Assembly: GCA_944363575.1 (NCBI GenBank)
Contig: CALVUJ010000010.1
Coordinates: 19,817 to 83,816, forward strand
Reading direction: 5' to 3'
Length of the DNA stretch: 64,000 nucleotides
From: an uncultured Bacilli bacterium
GTDB lineage: Bacteria > Bacillota_I > Bacilli_A > RFN20 > DUOF01
This document shows, one piece after another, positions 1 to 9,972 of this stretch (the stretch's first letter is position 1; every line of letters starts with the position of its first letter). Under the pieces are notes generated by a model. The model ran no database searches. It was not told the DNA's origin and was given only the letters and a program-made list of their open reading frames with translations. A program made the translations under genes and the position numbers.

Positions 1-2003
1 ATGGTAATCTTTTAGAGGAGATAGGTAGTTATGAGCTTGTTATTTGTTATATAGATGATGCGGGTAATGAAGCAATTAGTAAAGAGTTGACTATTAATGT
101 AACTGATAATGTTAGTCCAGTTATTGAGGTTAGTAATGTAGAGATAGAGTTGAATGAGCTTGTTGAATTGAAGGGCTTTGCAAGTGATAATTATGGGTTG
201 GAGAAAGATGGTAGTAATATTATTAAAGAAAAGTATATTAATAGTACTAGTTGTTCTGCTTTGATTGATGGTAGTGTAGTTTCTTGTGATGGGATTGTAG
301 TTGGAGAAGGTAATTATAATTATAGATTTTTACAAACTGGTGTTTATACTTTTGTGTATGTAGTTAGTGATCTTTCTAGTAATTCTAGTGAAGTTAGTCA
401 AGTTATTACGGTGTTAGATAGCAAGGGGCCAGAGATGGAAGCTGTTGGAAGTAGTAGTTTGGATATAGAGATTGTAGATAAAAATCTTATTCAAAATACG
501 GAGGTTTATTATCCTACTAGTTTTGATGTTGGAGATAATTTAAATGTAGCAGTTAATTATGTGGGATTGTATTCTATAGATAGTGTTGGAAATGAGTATA
601 AAGTTGATGATTCTTCTTATTTAGTAAGTGATAGTGGGACATCTATAATTTATAAGTTTGATAAGATTGGTTTATATTTAGTTAAATTTAGTTCTATTGA
701 TAATAATGGTAATGTTTCTAACTTTTATTATGAGATTACCGTGAGTGATAAGAGTAATCCTGTGATTAAAAATATTTCTGATGGCGAGATTATAAGTATT
801 AATTATGGTGAAATATTAGATGTTCAGGAACATATTATTAATGCTTATGGGGTAATTGCTAGTGATAATTATGATTCTAGTGTTAAGATTGGTTATGAGA
901 TTAAGACTAGTGTGGATCATAGTTATGAGGTTGTGTTAATTGCTAAAGATAGTTCTAATAATGAAAGTGTTGTTGTAGTTTATGTTGATGTTGTTGATAA
1001 AATTGCTCCAGTTTCAGGTACACTTGATATGTCAGCGACAACAAATGAAAGATTTTTCTATTTTAATGTTGTAGGGGGTTCTGATAATTCTTCTGATTGG
1101 TGGCATGAGTATAGAGTTAATGGTGGAGAATGGGTGCGTTATACGGTAGATAGTAATATAGAATTTGGAGAAGGATTAAATCAAAATGTTGAGGTTTGTG
1201 TTAGGGCTAAAGATGCTTTTAATAACATAAGTTTAAATTCTTATTGTAAGAGTGTATTGGTTGATACTAAGGTTCCTGTTGTTAGTGGTGTTAGCAATGG
1301 TGATATTGTTAATACTGAAGTAGTGGTTGATGTTAGCGATGAAAATTTAGATACTGTTCAAATTTGGAAAGATGATGTTTTGTTGGATGTAACGTTACCT
1401 GTAACTTTTACAGAAGCAGGGGCATATGTGGTAGAGGCTAAGGATACTATTGGTAATGTGTCAATCGTTAACTTTATGATTAATATGGATGTTTATATGG
1501 ATGTAGTTAATGATATAAATGCTAGTGAGCTTTCAATTACTTCTATTGAGTTTGATAAGAGATTATTGGTGGAAGCAGATATTGAGTATGTAGATAATGG
1601 GACTTCAAATATTAAAGTTAGTTTGGCTAATATTAAAGTGAATGCTGATGATATGGTGTATGTTTTAGGTGTGGTTCCTAATACGAATAGTGTGTTTGTA
1701 ATGTTTAGTGTTAATGGTGCTAATGTTGCTAATTATGCTGATGGTGTGCAACTTTTGAGTGCTGGGGGATCTTTTAAAGAGGGAGTTAATAATGAAGATT
1801 GCTTTTTGAAATTTAATGATAGTTATTTTGCTTATGTTGCAATTAAGGAGAGTGTAGGTGAACAGCAAGTTGTTGTAAGTAGTGAGGAGGAAGGTAAAAA
1901 TAGTGAGTGGATGAAGATAGCATTAATTGTTGTAGGTTCGTTGTTAGTTGTTTTGATGGGATATCAAATTATTAAGTTTAAAAGAAGAATTCGTGCAGCG
2001 TAA
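1..2003 (+). CDS. Repeat-rich surface protein, 5'-truncated at window edge. Repeated ~95-aa Ig-like modules each begin with D-x-S/K-x-P-V-I. C-terminal TM helix plus basic tail (KIALIVVGSLLVVLMGYQIIKFKRRIRAA).
   Basis: The reading frame is open from position 3 with no upstream stop, while the ORF track starts it at TTG 87. The protein shows modular repeats and a C-terminal hydrophobic anchor with a KRRIR tail. Confidence 0.6.
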   Translation, partial: GNLLEEIGSYELVICYIDDAGNEAISKELTINVTDNVSPVIEVSNVEIELNELVELKGFASDNYGLEKDGSNIIKEKYINSTSCSALIDGSVVSCDGIVVGEGNYNYRFLQTGVYTFVYVVSDLSSNSSEVSQVITVLDSKGPEMEAVGSSSLDIEIVDKNLIQNTEVYYPTSFDVGDNLNVAVNYVGLYSIDSVGNEYKVDDSSYLVSDSGTSIIYKFDKIGLYLVKFSSIDNNGNVSNFYYEITVSDKSNPVIKNISDGEIISINYGEILDVQEHIINAYGVIASDNYDSSVKIGYEIKTSVDHSYEVVLIAKDSSNNESVVVVYVDVVDKIAPVSGTLDMSATTNERFFYFNVVGGSDNSSDWWHEYRVNGGEWVRYTVDSNIEFGEGLNQNVEVCVRAKDAFNNISLNSYCKSVLVDTKVPVVSGVSNGDIVNTEVVVDVSDENLDTVQIWKDDVLLDVTLPVTFTEAGAYVVEAKDTIGNVSIVNFMINMDVYMDVVNDINASELSITSIEFDKRLLVEADIEYVDNGTSNIKVSLANIKVNADDMVYVLGVVPNTNSVFVMFSVNGANVANYADGVQLLSAGGSFKEGVNNEDCFLKFNDSYFAYVAIKESVGEQQVVVSSEEEGKNSEWMKIALIVVGSLLVVLMGYQIIKFKRRIRAA

Positions 2004-2074
2004 AAATGTGTTATAAAAATTAATTGTTTATTTATGTGAATTATGATATCATTAATGTAAGGAGTGCAGATAAA

Positions 2075-3121
2075 ATGTTAAATTATAAAGGAAGATATTA
2101 TACTAAAGAAATTTTAAAAGATTTGAGTGTTATTAGAGATAAACTATGTGAGCTTAAAATATTAAAAACAAATGATTTAGGTGAGAATACTAATTTAGCT
2201 ACTATTTCAGCAAGTATTTCGACTGATTTTATTTCTACAGAGTTGTCTTCTATTATTGTTAAAGGATATAGTGAGAATATAAAAGATAGTTTTTATTATA
2301 TGGGAGAAGAAAATTTAGTTAATTTACCTGAAGCTAGTAAGTATTATGAAGATTTGAAGAAAGTATATGAAAGTAATAGTAGTAATAAAGGGTTTGAATA
2401 TTTTAAGTTGTTTTATCGTTATAACTTTGCGGTTACTAAGAGTTTGAAAGAGGCTTTGTTAAAGGCTGAAAAGGGTGAAGGAGTTCCTTCAAAGAAGAAA
2501 GGAATTAGTTTTTCTTTTGATACTTCTTTGGATAATGTGGCTGTTTTGTCAGGGATTAAAGATGATTATTCAAAGATGGGTATTAAGGTTCCTGATAGTG
2601 ATGGTAAGTTTGTTCAAATAGATGGTAATGATATGTATAGGAGTAAGGTTTCTAGTGCAGCACTTTCTAATCCTAGTAGTGTTAATGTGTCAGTTGTTAT
2701 TAATATTCCTTATAAAGATGAGAAAGAAATTTCTAAGAAGATCTATTCGGTTGTTAGTACATATCGTGGCAAGCCAATTGAGATAGTGGGGATGATTTCT
2801 GCTAATGAGTTAATGGATATGTTAAGGGATAGTTATAGGGCTACATCAAGTAATATTATTGTGGATATGGAACCTTTTTATGAACAAGCAGAAAAGATTG
2901 CAAGACAAAGTTTACAAGGTGTTGTTTATTTTGTGACTGGTAAGAATAAGGCATATAGGGTTATTGATTGTCAAAAGTTAGGTGAATGGCCTAATGGGAT
3001 TATTAAGGCAAATAATGTTGCTGATTTGAATAATGTTACATTGCTTACTAAGAGGAGTTTTGATTTAGTTTTATCACGTAAGAATGAGAAAAATCATCAA
3101 TCATTAAAAAAGGCTTCTTAG
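2075..3121 (+). CDS. Hypothetical protein, no recognisable domain.
   Basis: The long ORF was trimmed to ATG 2075, which is preceded by AAGGAG (2059-2064). Codon usage matches neighbouring genes. Confidence 0.5.
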   Translation: MLNYKGRYYTKEILKDLSVIRDKLCELKILKTNDLGENTNLATISASISTDFISTELSSIIVKGYSENIKDSFYYMGEENLVNLPEASKYYEDLKKVYESNSSNKGFEYFKLFYRYNFAVTKSLKEALLKAEKGEGVPSKKKGISFSFDTSLDNVAVLSGIKDDYSKMGIKVPDSDGKFVQIDGNDMYRSKVSSAALSNPSSVNVSVVINIPYKDEKEISKKIYSVVSTYRGKPIEIVGMISANELMDMLRDSYRATSSNIIVDMEPFYEQAEKIARQSLQGVVYFVTGKNKAYRVIDCQKLGEWPNGIIKANNVADLNNVTLLTKRSFDLVLSRKNEKNHQSLKKAS

Positions 3122-3133
3122 TGAGGTAATAGT

Positions 3134-3613
3134 ATGTTAAGTGGTGGAGAGAAAGCTAAGGTTAAAAACATTATAGTTGCTATCAAAGGAGAATATTCAA
3201 AAATATTTGATATTATTAGCGATGAAAAAAAAATAAAAAAGCAAGATAATATCAATACTTTATTTGCAAGTAGTAAAAAAGTTTTTATGTGGATGGCTCA
3301 TTTGCCTACGACACTTATTAATTCTAGTTCAATCTTATCTCGAGGGTTTGATACTTTGCAAGAGGCTAATCGGTTTGCTAGTATAAGTGCAGGGGATAAG
3401 AAAAAGGTAGAATTGCTTATGAATTCGATAAAAGTTATTCCTAGTATTCAAGAGGAGTTAATTAAGCAAATTAATGATGATAATAATTATCGAGAGAGAG
3501 TTTTAAAAGATATTATGGATGAGTTAGGGATTGAAAATCCTAATAAAAAAAAGAAAAAAAGAGACGAGAAGTTTAATTCGATGTCATTTGATGATTGGTT
3601 TAATGATGATTAA
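3134..3613 (+). CDS. Hypothetical Lys-rich protein (159 aa).
   Basis: ATG 3134 follows GAGGT. A rho-independent terminator follows the gene. Confidence 0.45.
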   Translation: MLSGGEKAKVKNIIVAIKGEYSKIFDIISDEKKIKKQDNINTLFASSKKVFMWMAHLPTTLINSSSILSRGFDTLQEANRFASISAGDKKKVELLMNSIKVIPSIQEELIKQINDDNNYRERVLKDIMDELGIENPNKKKKKRDEKFNSMSFDDWFNDD

Positions 3614-3638
3614 GAAACGTTTTGTTTCTTTTTTTTTA
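3612..3638 (+). terminator. Rho-independent terminator (GAAAC-gtttt-GTTTC plus T9).
   Basis: Hairpin plus T-run read directly from the sequence. Confidence 0.6.
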
Positions 3639-3690
3639 TTATTTTGTTTATTTTTGGAAAATAAGTGTAGAATTAAGTAGAGGTGTTATT

Positions 3691-4797
3691 ATGAATAATA
3701 AGTTAAATATGTTAGCGAAGACAATTGTTAATCATTCTTTGAAGTTAGGTAAAGGGAGTAAAGTTTTGATTAAGGCGATTAGTGATTCAAGAGAGTTAGT
3801 TTGGGAGATTATTAAGGAGTGTGAATTAGTAGGTGCTTATCCGTTCGTGGAGTATTTTTTAGATGATACGACAGCGAGATTATTAGCGATGTATAATGAT
3901 GAGAGTAAGATGAAAATTGCTAATAGGTGGAATAAAGTAAAATGGGAAGATTTAGATGCGGAAGTTATTATTGATGGTAGTTATAATGAGTATGAGTTTT
4001 CCGAGCCTGTTATTTTAGAGAAAAGTAAGTTATCAAGGAAAATTAATAAAGAGTTGAATGATTTGATTACTCAGCATAAGAAATGGGTTTTGTTAGAGTG
4101 GCCCACTTCTTTAGCAGCACATAAAGCGGGTAAGCCTACGGAAGTGTATCGAGATTTTGTTTTTGATGTTTGTAACGTTGATTATAAGAAAATGTATGAA
4201 GCATGTATTCCTTTAAAAGAATTGATGGATAAGACAGATAAAGTGCATATTATAGGGAAGGGTACTGATTTAACTTTTTCTATTAAAGATATTCCTAGTG
4301 TGATATGTGCAGGAGAGTGTAACATACCTGATGGAGAAGTGTTTACAGCACCAGTTAAAAATAGTGTTAATGGGGTTATTCAATACAATACGGATTCACC
4401 ATATGATGGGAAGATTTATAAAAATATTCGTTTAGAGTTTAAAGATGGGAAGATTGTTAAGGCAACTTGTGAAAACGGGGATAATGAGTCTTTAAATAAG
4501 ATTTTTGATAGTGATGAGGGTAGTAGATATGTTGGAGAGTTTGCCTTAGGGTTAAATCCGATGATTAGGGAGCCTGTTGGTAGTATTTTATTTGATGAGA
4601 AGATATGGGGATCATTTCATTTTACTCCAGGTCAATGTTATAAGGGAGAAGCTGAGAATGGTAATGATTCGATAATTCATTGGGATTTAGTGTGTATGCA
4701 AGAGGGAGAAGGAGAAATTTATTTTGATGATGTGTTAATTAGGAAAAATGGGAGATTTGTTTTGAAAGAATTAGAGTTTTTAAATTATGGAAAATAA
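3691..4797 (+). CDS. Aminopeptidase, M29 (AmpS/PepS) family.
   Basis: The N-terminus MNNKLNMLAKTIVNHSLKLGKGSKVLIKA and overall length are typical of M29 thermophilic-type aminopeptidases. The RBS AGAGGTG lies 4 nt upstream of ATG 3691. The ORF-track start at 3622 lies inside the terminator. Confidence 0.7.
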   Translation: MNNKLNMLAKTIVNHSLKLGKGSKVLIKAISDSRELVWEIIKECELVGAYPFVEYFLDDTTARLLAMYNDESKMKIANRWNKVKWEDLDAEVIIDGSYNEYEFSEPVILEKSKLSRKINKELNDLITQHKKWVLLEWPTSLAAHKAGKPTEVYRDFVFDVCNVDYKKMYEACIPLKELMDKTDKVHIIGKGTDLTFSIKDIPSVICAGECNIPDGEVFTAPVKNSVNGVIQYNTDSPYDGKIYKNIRLEFKDGKIVKATCENGDNESLNKIFDSDEGSRYVGEFALGLNPMIREPVGSILFDEKIWGSFHFTPGQCYKGEAENGNDSIIHWDLVCMQEGEGEIYFDDVLIRKNGRFVLKELEFLNYGK

Positions 4798-4894
4798 ATA
4801 GATTGTTGGATAGAATGATTATAAACGATATTATTAAAGTTTATTTTATTATTTTAAATAATATATTAAAATATATAGGTAAGGTGGTGTGTCT

Positions 4895-7800
4895 ATGAAT
4901 GATAATACTATTTCAATGTTATTTAAGTGGGGACCATGGGTTATTCTTTTACTTGTGATTCTTTTTTGTTTTGGACTTGGTGTTATTAGGGGTAGGTATA
5001 AATCTATAAGAAGAGTTAGTTATTTTTTGTTAGTGGCTATATTGCTTTGGGCTTTTATGATTCCTCTTACAAGATTTGTTCTTAATTTTGAAATTAATTC
5101 TTTTGGTATTGTTACATTAAAGGATTATATTATAAATTTTATTGAAAGTAATGAAGAAATTTCTAAGTTTTTAGATAAATCAGTAGAGTTAAGAAGGATT
5201 GTTGAAAGTTATCCAGAGGTTATTGTGAGTCCTCTTTTGTTTGTAGTGCTTATGATTGTAATTGTACCAATTTTATATCCATTATATTGGTTATATGTTT
5301 TACTTTATAATTTAATAGCTAAGTTAGTATTTAAAAGGAATAAATATATGGTTGATGAAACAGGTAAAGTGTTACGTAACGATAAGGGTAAGAAGGTTAA
5401 AGTAGATAGGAAGGCTCATCGTTTGCAAGGGGGATTAATTAGTATTGCTCAAGGTTTGATGTTTGTAGGTGTTACTTTATTACCTTTAAATTTTGTTAAT
5501 AGGGTGGTTAGTAATACGGTTAAAGAGACTAATTACGATAGTGCAGCGAGTATTTGTAGTTTAGATAATTTTAAGGATTTTGAAGAGTATTGTAAGTATC
5601 TTGATATGTATAATGATACGATTTTTGCTAAAATTGGAGGCAATAAGAGTCTTGATAAATATATTAATGATCATATGACGACGATTAAGATAGATGATTG
5701 GGAGTTAAATCTTGAGGATGAGTTAACTCAAACAATGGTTTCTGTTGTTTTGTTAGAAGATTCTGGGTTATTAGAGTTGTTTATGAGTGGTGATATTGAT
5801 TTAGCTAATATTAATTGGAGTAAGATTAATTTTGATAAAATTGATATGCTTATTGATGCTTTGTTTGATTCAAATACGTTGTCTAGTGTTATTGAAACAG
5901 GTGTGAATTATGTTTTGAGTGAAGCTTTGAAAGATCGTTTGATTGATTTGTTGAAGGATGATGATATTGTTAGTAAGTTAACTTATGAGAATAAGGATGA
6001 GATTAAGGCTGATTTAAAAGAAGTTAGTAGTACGATTAGATATATTGTTGAAAAAGAGATGTATAAGTTAATTGTAGATAATGTGGATAATCCAGTTTTG
6101 ATTGTTAATGGGGTTAATGAAAGTGATATTGAAGTAGTGCTTAATAAGTTATTATCTGTAAAAATATTAAGTAAGGCTATGCCTAGTGTTGTTAAGGCTT
6201 ATGGTGAGAAGTATGGTGTTAATGAAATAGGTAATATGAGTGATGAGTTAAATGAGGAGATTGTTAGTAATATTGTTAATGCGGTAAAATTTGTTAAGAC
6301 AATGGAGTTGACTAATTTTGATGAATTGACTGAGGGTAATTTAGTAGATAATTTAGGTAATTTGTTGTTTGAAAATGGAGTTATTAAAGATAATAGTAAG
6401 GATAGTATGGCTACTTTGTTACATAGTTTAAATAGTTCTTATTTGTTTAAGGATGTTTTGAGTACTCAAATAAATAAGTTATTAGAAGATAAAGATTATA
6501 AGGTAGATGCTAGAGTTATGAAGTATGTTGATAGTAAGGATGGTTGGATTAAGGAACTTGAAGTATTAGAGAATGCTTATAATTTATATGATGAATATGA
6601 TAAGACAGATGTTATAGATTATGCTAAGGTTACTAATTTATTAGAGGAATTAGGGGGAACGAAAGTCTTTATTTCTGTATTGCCATTTGCATATGATGAA
6701 TTATTGCCTAAGCTTGGGGTTGAGATTGATAGTGAAGGGTTCCCAGTGATTGATTTTGATGGTGAGAATGAAGATAGTAGTAAAGTAGAGTTTTATAATA
6801 CTTGGGAAAGTGAACTAGTTATTCTTAAGGAAGTGGCAGATGCGGCAGGAATCTTGGAGCTTCAGGGTGCTGATGATGTTACGACGGATATGTTAAAGGA
6901 TGAAACTAAGGTAGATGCTTTGAGTACAATTATGGGTGAAGTTTATAAGTCTGAGTTATTAAAGGATGGCTTTACTACTTTTATGCTAGATAAAGTAAAT
7001 GATTTTGTGGTAGAGTATGAAGTGGAGTTTAGTAAGGAAGAGTTATTAGTTATTGATACTAAGGAAGAATGGAAAAATGAGTTTACTAATATTAATAATG
7101 TTTTAGAAATTGATTTTAGTGATGAAAATAATATTACTAGAGATAATTTAGAGGTAGTGTTTGATTCGATTGATAATATGCAGTTATTTGCTAATAAGAA
7201 GGTTTCTATTTTGAAGTATGCGATTAAGAAGAGTGGTTTTTTAAGCGAAGAAGAATATAGTAGTATTAATTGGGATAGTGTTTCATGGAGTAAAGAAACA
7301 GATATTTTATTAAATATTGTTGAGAAGAGAGATACTATTGAGAATATGTCTACTTTAGATATGAAGACGTTTGATAGTGAGGAGATTGGTGGATTAGTTA
7401 ATACGGTGATGAGTTCAGATATTTTGAAGCCAATCGTCGTTAATAAGATTAGTGTGTTGTTTGTGAATAATGATGTAAGGGATGATCGTGATATTGATGG
7501 AGATACTTCTAATTTGAAAAATAGTATTAGTAGTGTTAGTGATTGGAAAGTAGAGTTAGGTAGAATTAAAGAGATGTTAAATGTTAGTGAGAATAATATG
7601 AGTGATGTTGGTGCTGGAGAGACAAAGAATATGGTTGAAAAGATGTTTGAAAGTATTGAAAGTAGTACTTTACTTCAGAATACAAGAGCACATTTATTAA
7701 TTAAAGCTATTAATACGATTAATTTGGATGGGGTTAGTGTTCCTAGTGATGTAACGGTTGGAACGTTAAAAGATAATGAGTATGCTAATTATAATAAAGA

Positions 7801-8884
7801 GAAGGATATTATTATTAAGGTTAGTAAGAGTAAAGATGTTTTTGATAATTTTGGAGAGATGAGTTTAAGTAGTATTGATACTAATGCGGTTGGAGATTTA
7901 TTAGATACTGTGATTAAGTCAGATATTTTTGGTGATTATGTTGTAGAAGAAATTAAGAAACCATTAGTTAATAATGAAGTTTTAGATGATCGTGATATTG
8001 ATGGTGATACTTCTAATTTAGAGGCAAGTATTAGAGGTGTAACTAGTTGGGCAAGTGAACTTAATATTATTAAAGAAATGTTAAATATGACTAGTGAGTC
8101 TTTCTCTACTGTTGTAGATGGTAAGACGATTGTTGAGAAAGTGTTTGATGATATTGAAAGTAGTACTTTGCTTCAGAATACGAGAGCACATTTACTAATT
8201 AAAGCTATTAATACGATTAATTTAGAGGGTGCTAGTGTTCCTAGTGATGTAACAGTAGATACTTTAAAGGCAACATATCTTGATGAAGAATATTATCAAT
8301 ATAATAGGGAAACAGATGTGTTTATAACTTTTGCTAAAAATAGAGAGGCTATTGAAGGATTAAATGATCTTACTAGTCTTGAGTTAGTTCAAAAGAAAGC
8401 AATGGGAGAAATTTTAGATGCGATGAAGTTAAGTAAGATTATGAGTGGCAAGTATACTTCTACTATTAATAGTGCTTTAAGTGTTGTTAAGAATAATGAA
8501 AATCTTACTAATTATGGGGTAACATTTAAGGATGATTATAGTGATGTTGTTTGGTCTAGTGTATATGATGAGAATGATAATATTACTACATATGGTGAGA
8601 TTGAAAACTTATCTATTATAAATAGTAATATTGCTACGGTTAAGGGGTATAATAGTGATTCTTTAGTCAATGATAAGAATGGTACGATTAATATGGTAGG
8701 AACAACACTTGATGCTGTTTCAAGGAGTATGTTGATTGTTGCAAGTGAAGGTACAGATACAGCAGATCAAGTTATTGCTAATCAAGTAATAAGTCAATTG
8801 ACTAATGGTATGGTTACTTCTGTTAGCAAAGAAGAAGGTAAAACATGGACTGAGGCTTTTGAGGAAGCTTTAGGTAGTTATTAA
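4895..8884 (+). CDS. Very large (about 1330 aa) membrane protein. It has 5 N-terminal TM helices followed by a long soluble domain that contains an internal ~165-aa tandem duplication.
   Basis: RBS AAGGTGG precedes ATG 4895. The N-terminus has hydrophobic helices. Repeat units beginning DDRDIDGDTSNL occur twice, about 504 bp apart. Confidence 0.7.
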   Translation: MNDNTISMLFKWGPWVILLLVILFCFGLGVIRGRYKSIRRVSYFLLVAILLWAFMIPLTRFVLNFEINSFGIVTLKDYIINFIESNEEISKFLDKSVELRRIVESYPEVIVSPLLFVVLMIVIVPILYPLYWLYVLLYNLIAKLVFKRNKYMVDETGKVLRNDKGKKVKVDRKAHRLQGGLISIAQGLMFVGVTLLPLNFVNRVVSNTVKETNYDSAASICSLDNFKDFEEYCKYLDMYNDTIFAKIGGNKSLDKYINDHMTTIKIDDWELNLEDELTQTMVSVVLLEDSGLLELFMSGDIDLANINWSKINFDKIDMLIDALFDSNTLSSVIETGVNYVLSEALKDRLIDLLKDDDIVSKLTYENKDEIKADLKEVSSTIRYIVEKEMYKLIVDNVDNPVLIVNGVNESDIEVVLNKLLSVKILSKAMPSVVKAYGEKYGVNEIGNMSDELNEEIVSNIVNAVKFVKTMELTNFDELTEGNLVDNLGNLLFENGVIKDNSKDSMATLLHSLNSSYLFKDVLSTQINKLLEDKDYKVDARVMKYVDSKDGWIKELEVLENAYNLYDEYDKTDVIDYAKVTNLLEELGGTKVFISVLPFAYDELLPKLGVEIDSEGFPVIDFDGENEDSSKVEFYNTWESELVILKEVADAAGILELQGADDVTTDMLKDETKVDALSTIMGEVYKSELLKDGFTTFMLDKVNDFVVEYEVEFSKEELLVIDTKEEWKNEFTNINNVLEIDFSDENNITRDNLEVVFDSIDNMQLFANKKVSILKYAIKKSGFLSEEEYSSINWDSVSWSKETDILLNIVEKRDTIENMSTLDMKTFDSEEIGGLVNTVMSSDILKPIVVNKISVLFVNNDVRDDRDIDGDTSNLKNSISSVSDWKVELGRIKEMLNVSENNMSDVGAGETKNMVEKMFESIESSTLLQNTRAHLLIKAINTINLDGVSVPSDVTVGTLKDNEYANYNKEKDIIIKVSKSKDVFDNFGEMSLSSIDTNAVGDLLDTVIKSDIFGDYVVEEIKKPLVNNEVLDDRDIDGDTSNLEASIRGVTSWASELNIIKEMLNMTSESFSTVVDGKTIVEKVFDDIESSTLLQNTRAHLLIKAINTINLEGASVPSDVTVDTLKATYLDEEYYQYNRETDVFITFAKNREAIEGLNDLTSLELVQKKAMGEILDAMKLSKIMSGKYTSTINSALSVVKNNENLTNYGVTFKDDYSDVVWSSVYDENDNITTYGEIENLSIINSNIATVKGYNSDSLVNDKNGTINMVGTTLDAVSRSMLIVASEGTDTADQVIANQVISQLTNGMVTSVSKEEGKTWTEAFEEALGSY
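7469..8290 (+). repeat. Intragenic tandem duplication of about 500 bp period inside the 1330-aa gene. Unit A is about 7469-7975 and unit B about 7976-8290, with near-identical ~70-nt cores at 7661-7735 and 8159-8233.
   Basis: The string gatgatcgtgatattgatgg occurs at 7481 and 7985. The segment agtagtactt..cttcagaata..agagcacattta..attaaagctattaatacgattaattt is repeated with only 3-4 mismatches. Confidence 0.8.
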
Positions 8885-8885
8885 G

Positions 8886-8917
8886 AAAAAGGGCTATTGA
8901 TTAGCCCTTTTTTTTTA
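8886..8917 (+). terminator. Rho-independent terminator (GGGCTA-ttgat-TAGCCC plus T10).
   Basis: Hairpin plus T-run read directly from the sequence. Confidence 0.75.
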
Positions 8918-8951
8918 AGTATGTTATAGTATAAGAGGAAAGAGGGATAGT

Positions 8952-9917
8952 ATGGTTTTTGATAAGATGAGAGATAAGATTAGAGGTAAAAATAAGGTTT
9001 TGGTATTTCCAGAGGGTGATGATATTAGGATTATTAAAGCTGCGATTAGGTTAAAAAAAGAGAATTTATGTAAGCCTTTGTTATTAGGTAATGTTAGTGA
9101 TATAGAGAAAATTAGTAAAGATAATGGGTTAGATATTACAGGGTTAGATATTTTAGATCATTTAAGTGATGTTAATTTTGAGGATAATGTGAAGAAGATG
9201 TTTGAACTTCGTAAGGGTAAGAATAGTCTTGAAGAGTGTAAGAAGATGTTAAGTGGTAGAAACTATTATGCGATTATGTTAGTGTATAATGGGGTAGCGG
9301 ATGCAGCACTTGGTGGGGCAACTTATTCTACACCTGATACAGTGAGACCTGCTTTACAAATATTGAAAACAAAAGAAGGGTGTAACCTTGTTTCTTCTTG
9401 TTTTGCTTTGTTAAAGGAGGGTAGTCCAACACTTATTTTTGCAGATAGTGGGGTTAATATTAATCCAAGCAGTGAGGAATTGTGTGATATTGCGATTTCT
9501 AGTGTAGAGACAGCAAGAGTGTTTGGAATGGATCCTTATGTGGCTTTCTTGTCGTTTTCTACTAAAGGGAGTGCTAAAGGTGTTGAGGTTGAGAAAATGC
9601 AAAGGGCTGTGGAGTTAATGAAGGGAAGAAATGTTGATTTTCCTTATGATGGGGAACTTCAATTTGATGCAGCATATGATAAGAGTACTGCTTTGAAAAA
9701 GGCTCCAGGTTCACCAGTAGCGGGTAAAGCAAATGTGTTTATTTTCCCTGATTTACAGTCTGGTAATATTGGCTATAAGATAGCTCAAAGGTTAGGTGGT
9801 TATGAGGCTTTAGGTCCTATTTTACAAGGAGTTAAGAAACCGGTGAATGATTTGAGTAGAGGGTGTAATGAAGAAGAAGTTTATAAGATGGCTATTTTAA
9901 GTTTATCTCAAGAATAA
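8952..9917 (+). CDS. pta: Phosphate acetyltransferase.
   Basis: The N-terminus KVLVFPEGDDIRIIKA matches Pta over its full 321-aa length. Other Pta-like motifs present are SGNIGYKIAQRLGG and GPILQG. Confidence 0.85.
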   Translation: MVFDKMRDKIRGKNKVLVFPEGDDIRIIKAAIRLKKENLCKPLLLGNVSDIEKISKDNGLDITGLDILDHLSDVNFEDNVKKMFELRKGKNSLEECKKMLSGRNYYAIMLVYNGVADAALGGATYSTPDTVRPALQILKTKEGCNLVSSCFALLKEGSPTLIFADSGVNINPSSEELCDIAISSVETARVFGMDPYVAFLSFSTKGSAKGVEVEKMQRAVELMKGRNVDFPYDGELQFDAAYDKSTALKKAPGSPVAGKANVFIFPDLQSGNIGYKIAQRLGGYEALGPILQGVKKPVNDLSRGCNEEEVYKMAILSLSQE

Positions 9918-9923
9918 AGGAAT

Positions 9924-9953
9924 AAAAAAAACTCGGATAAAACCGAGTTTTTA
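9924..9953. terminator. Bidirectional terminator (A8-CTCGG-ataaaa-CCGAG-T5) shared by pta and the convergent lipoprotein gene.
   Basis: A symmetric hairpin flanked by an A-run and a T-run. Confidence 0.7.
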
Positions 9954-9972
9954 AAAGCTAAATTTTATTTTT

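Noticed and set aside
1665-1868. 67-aa minus-strand ORF inside the surface-protein gene.
   Set aside because: Antisense to a long, well-supported CDS. Low-complexity AT-codon translation with no RBS.
9411-9602. 63-aa minus-strand ORF inside pta.
   Set aside because: Antisense overlap with a conserved gene. It is a spurious open frame.
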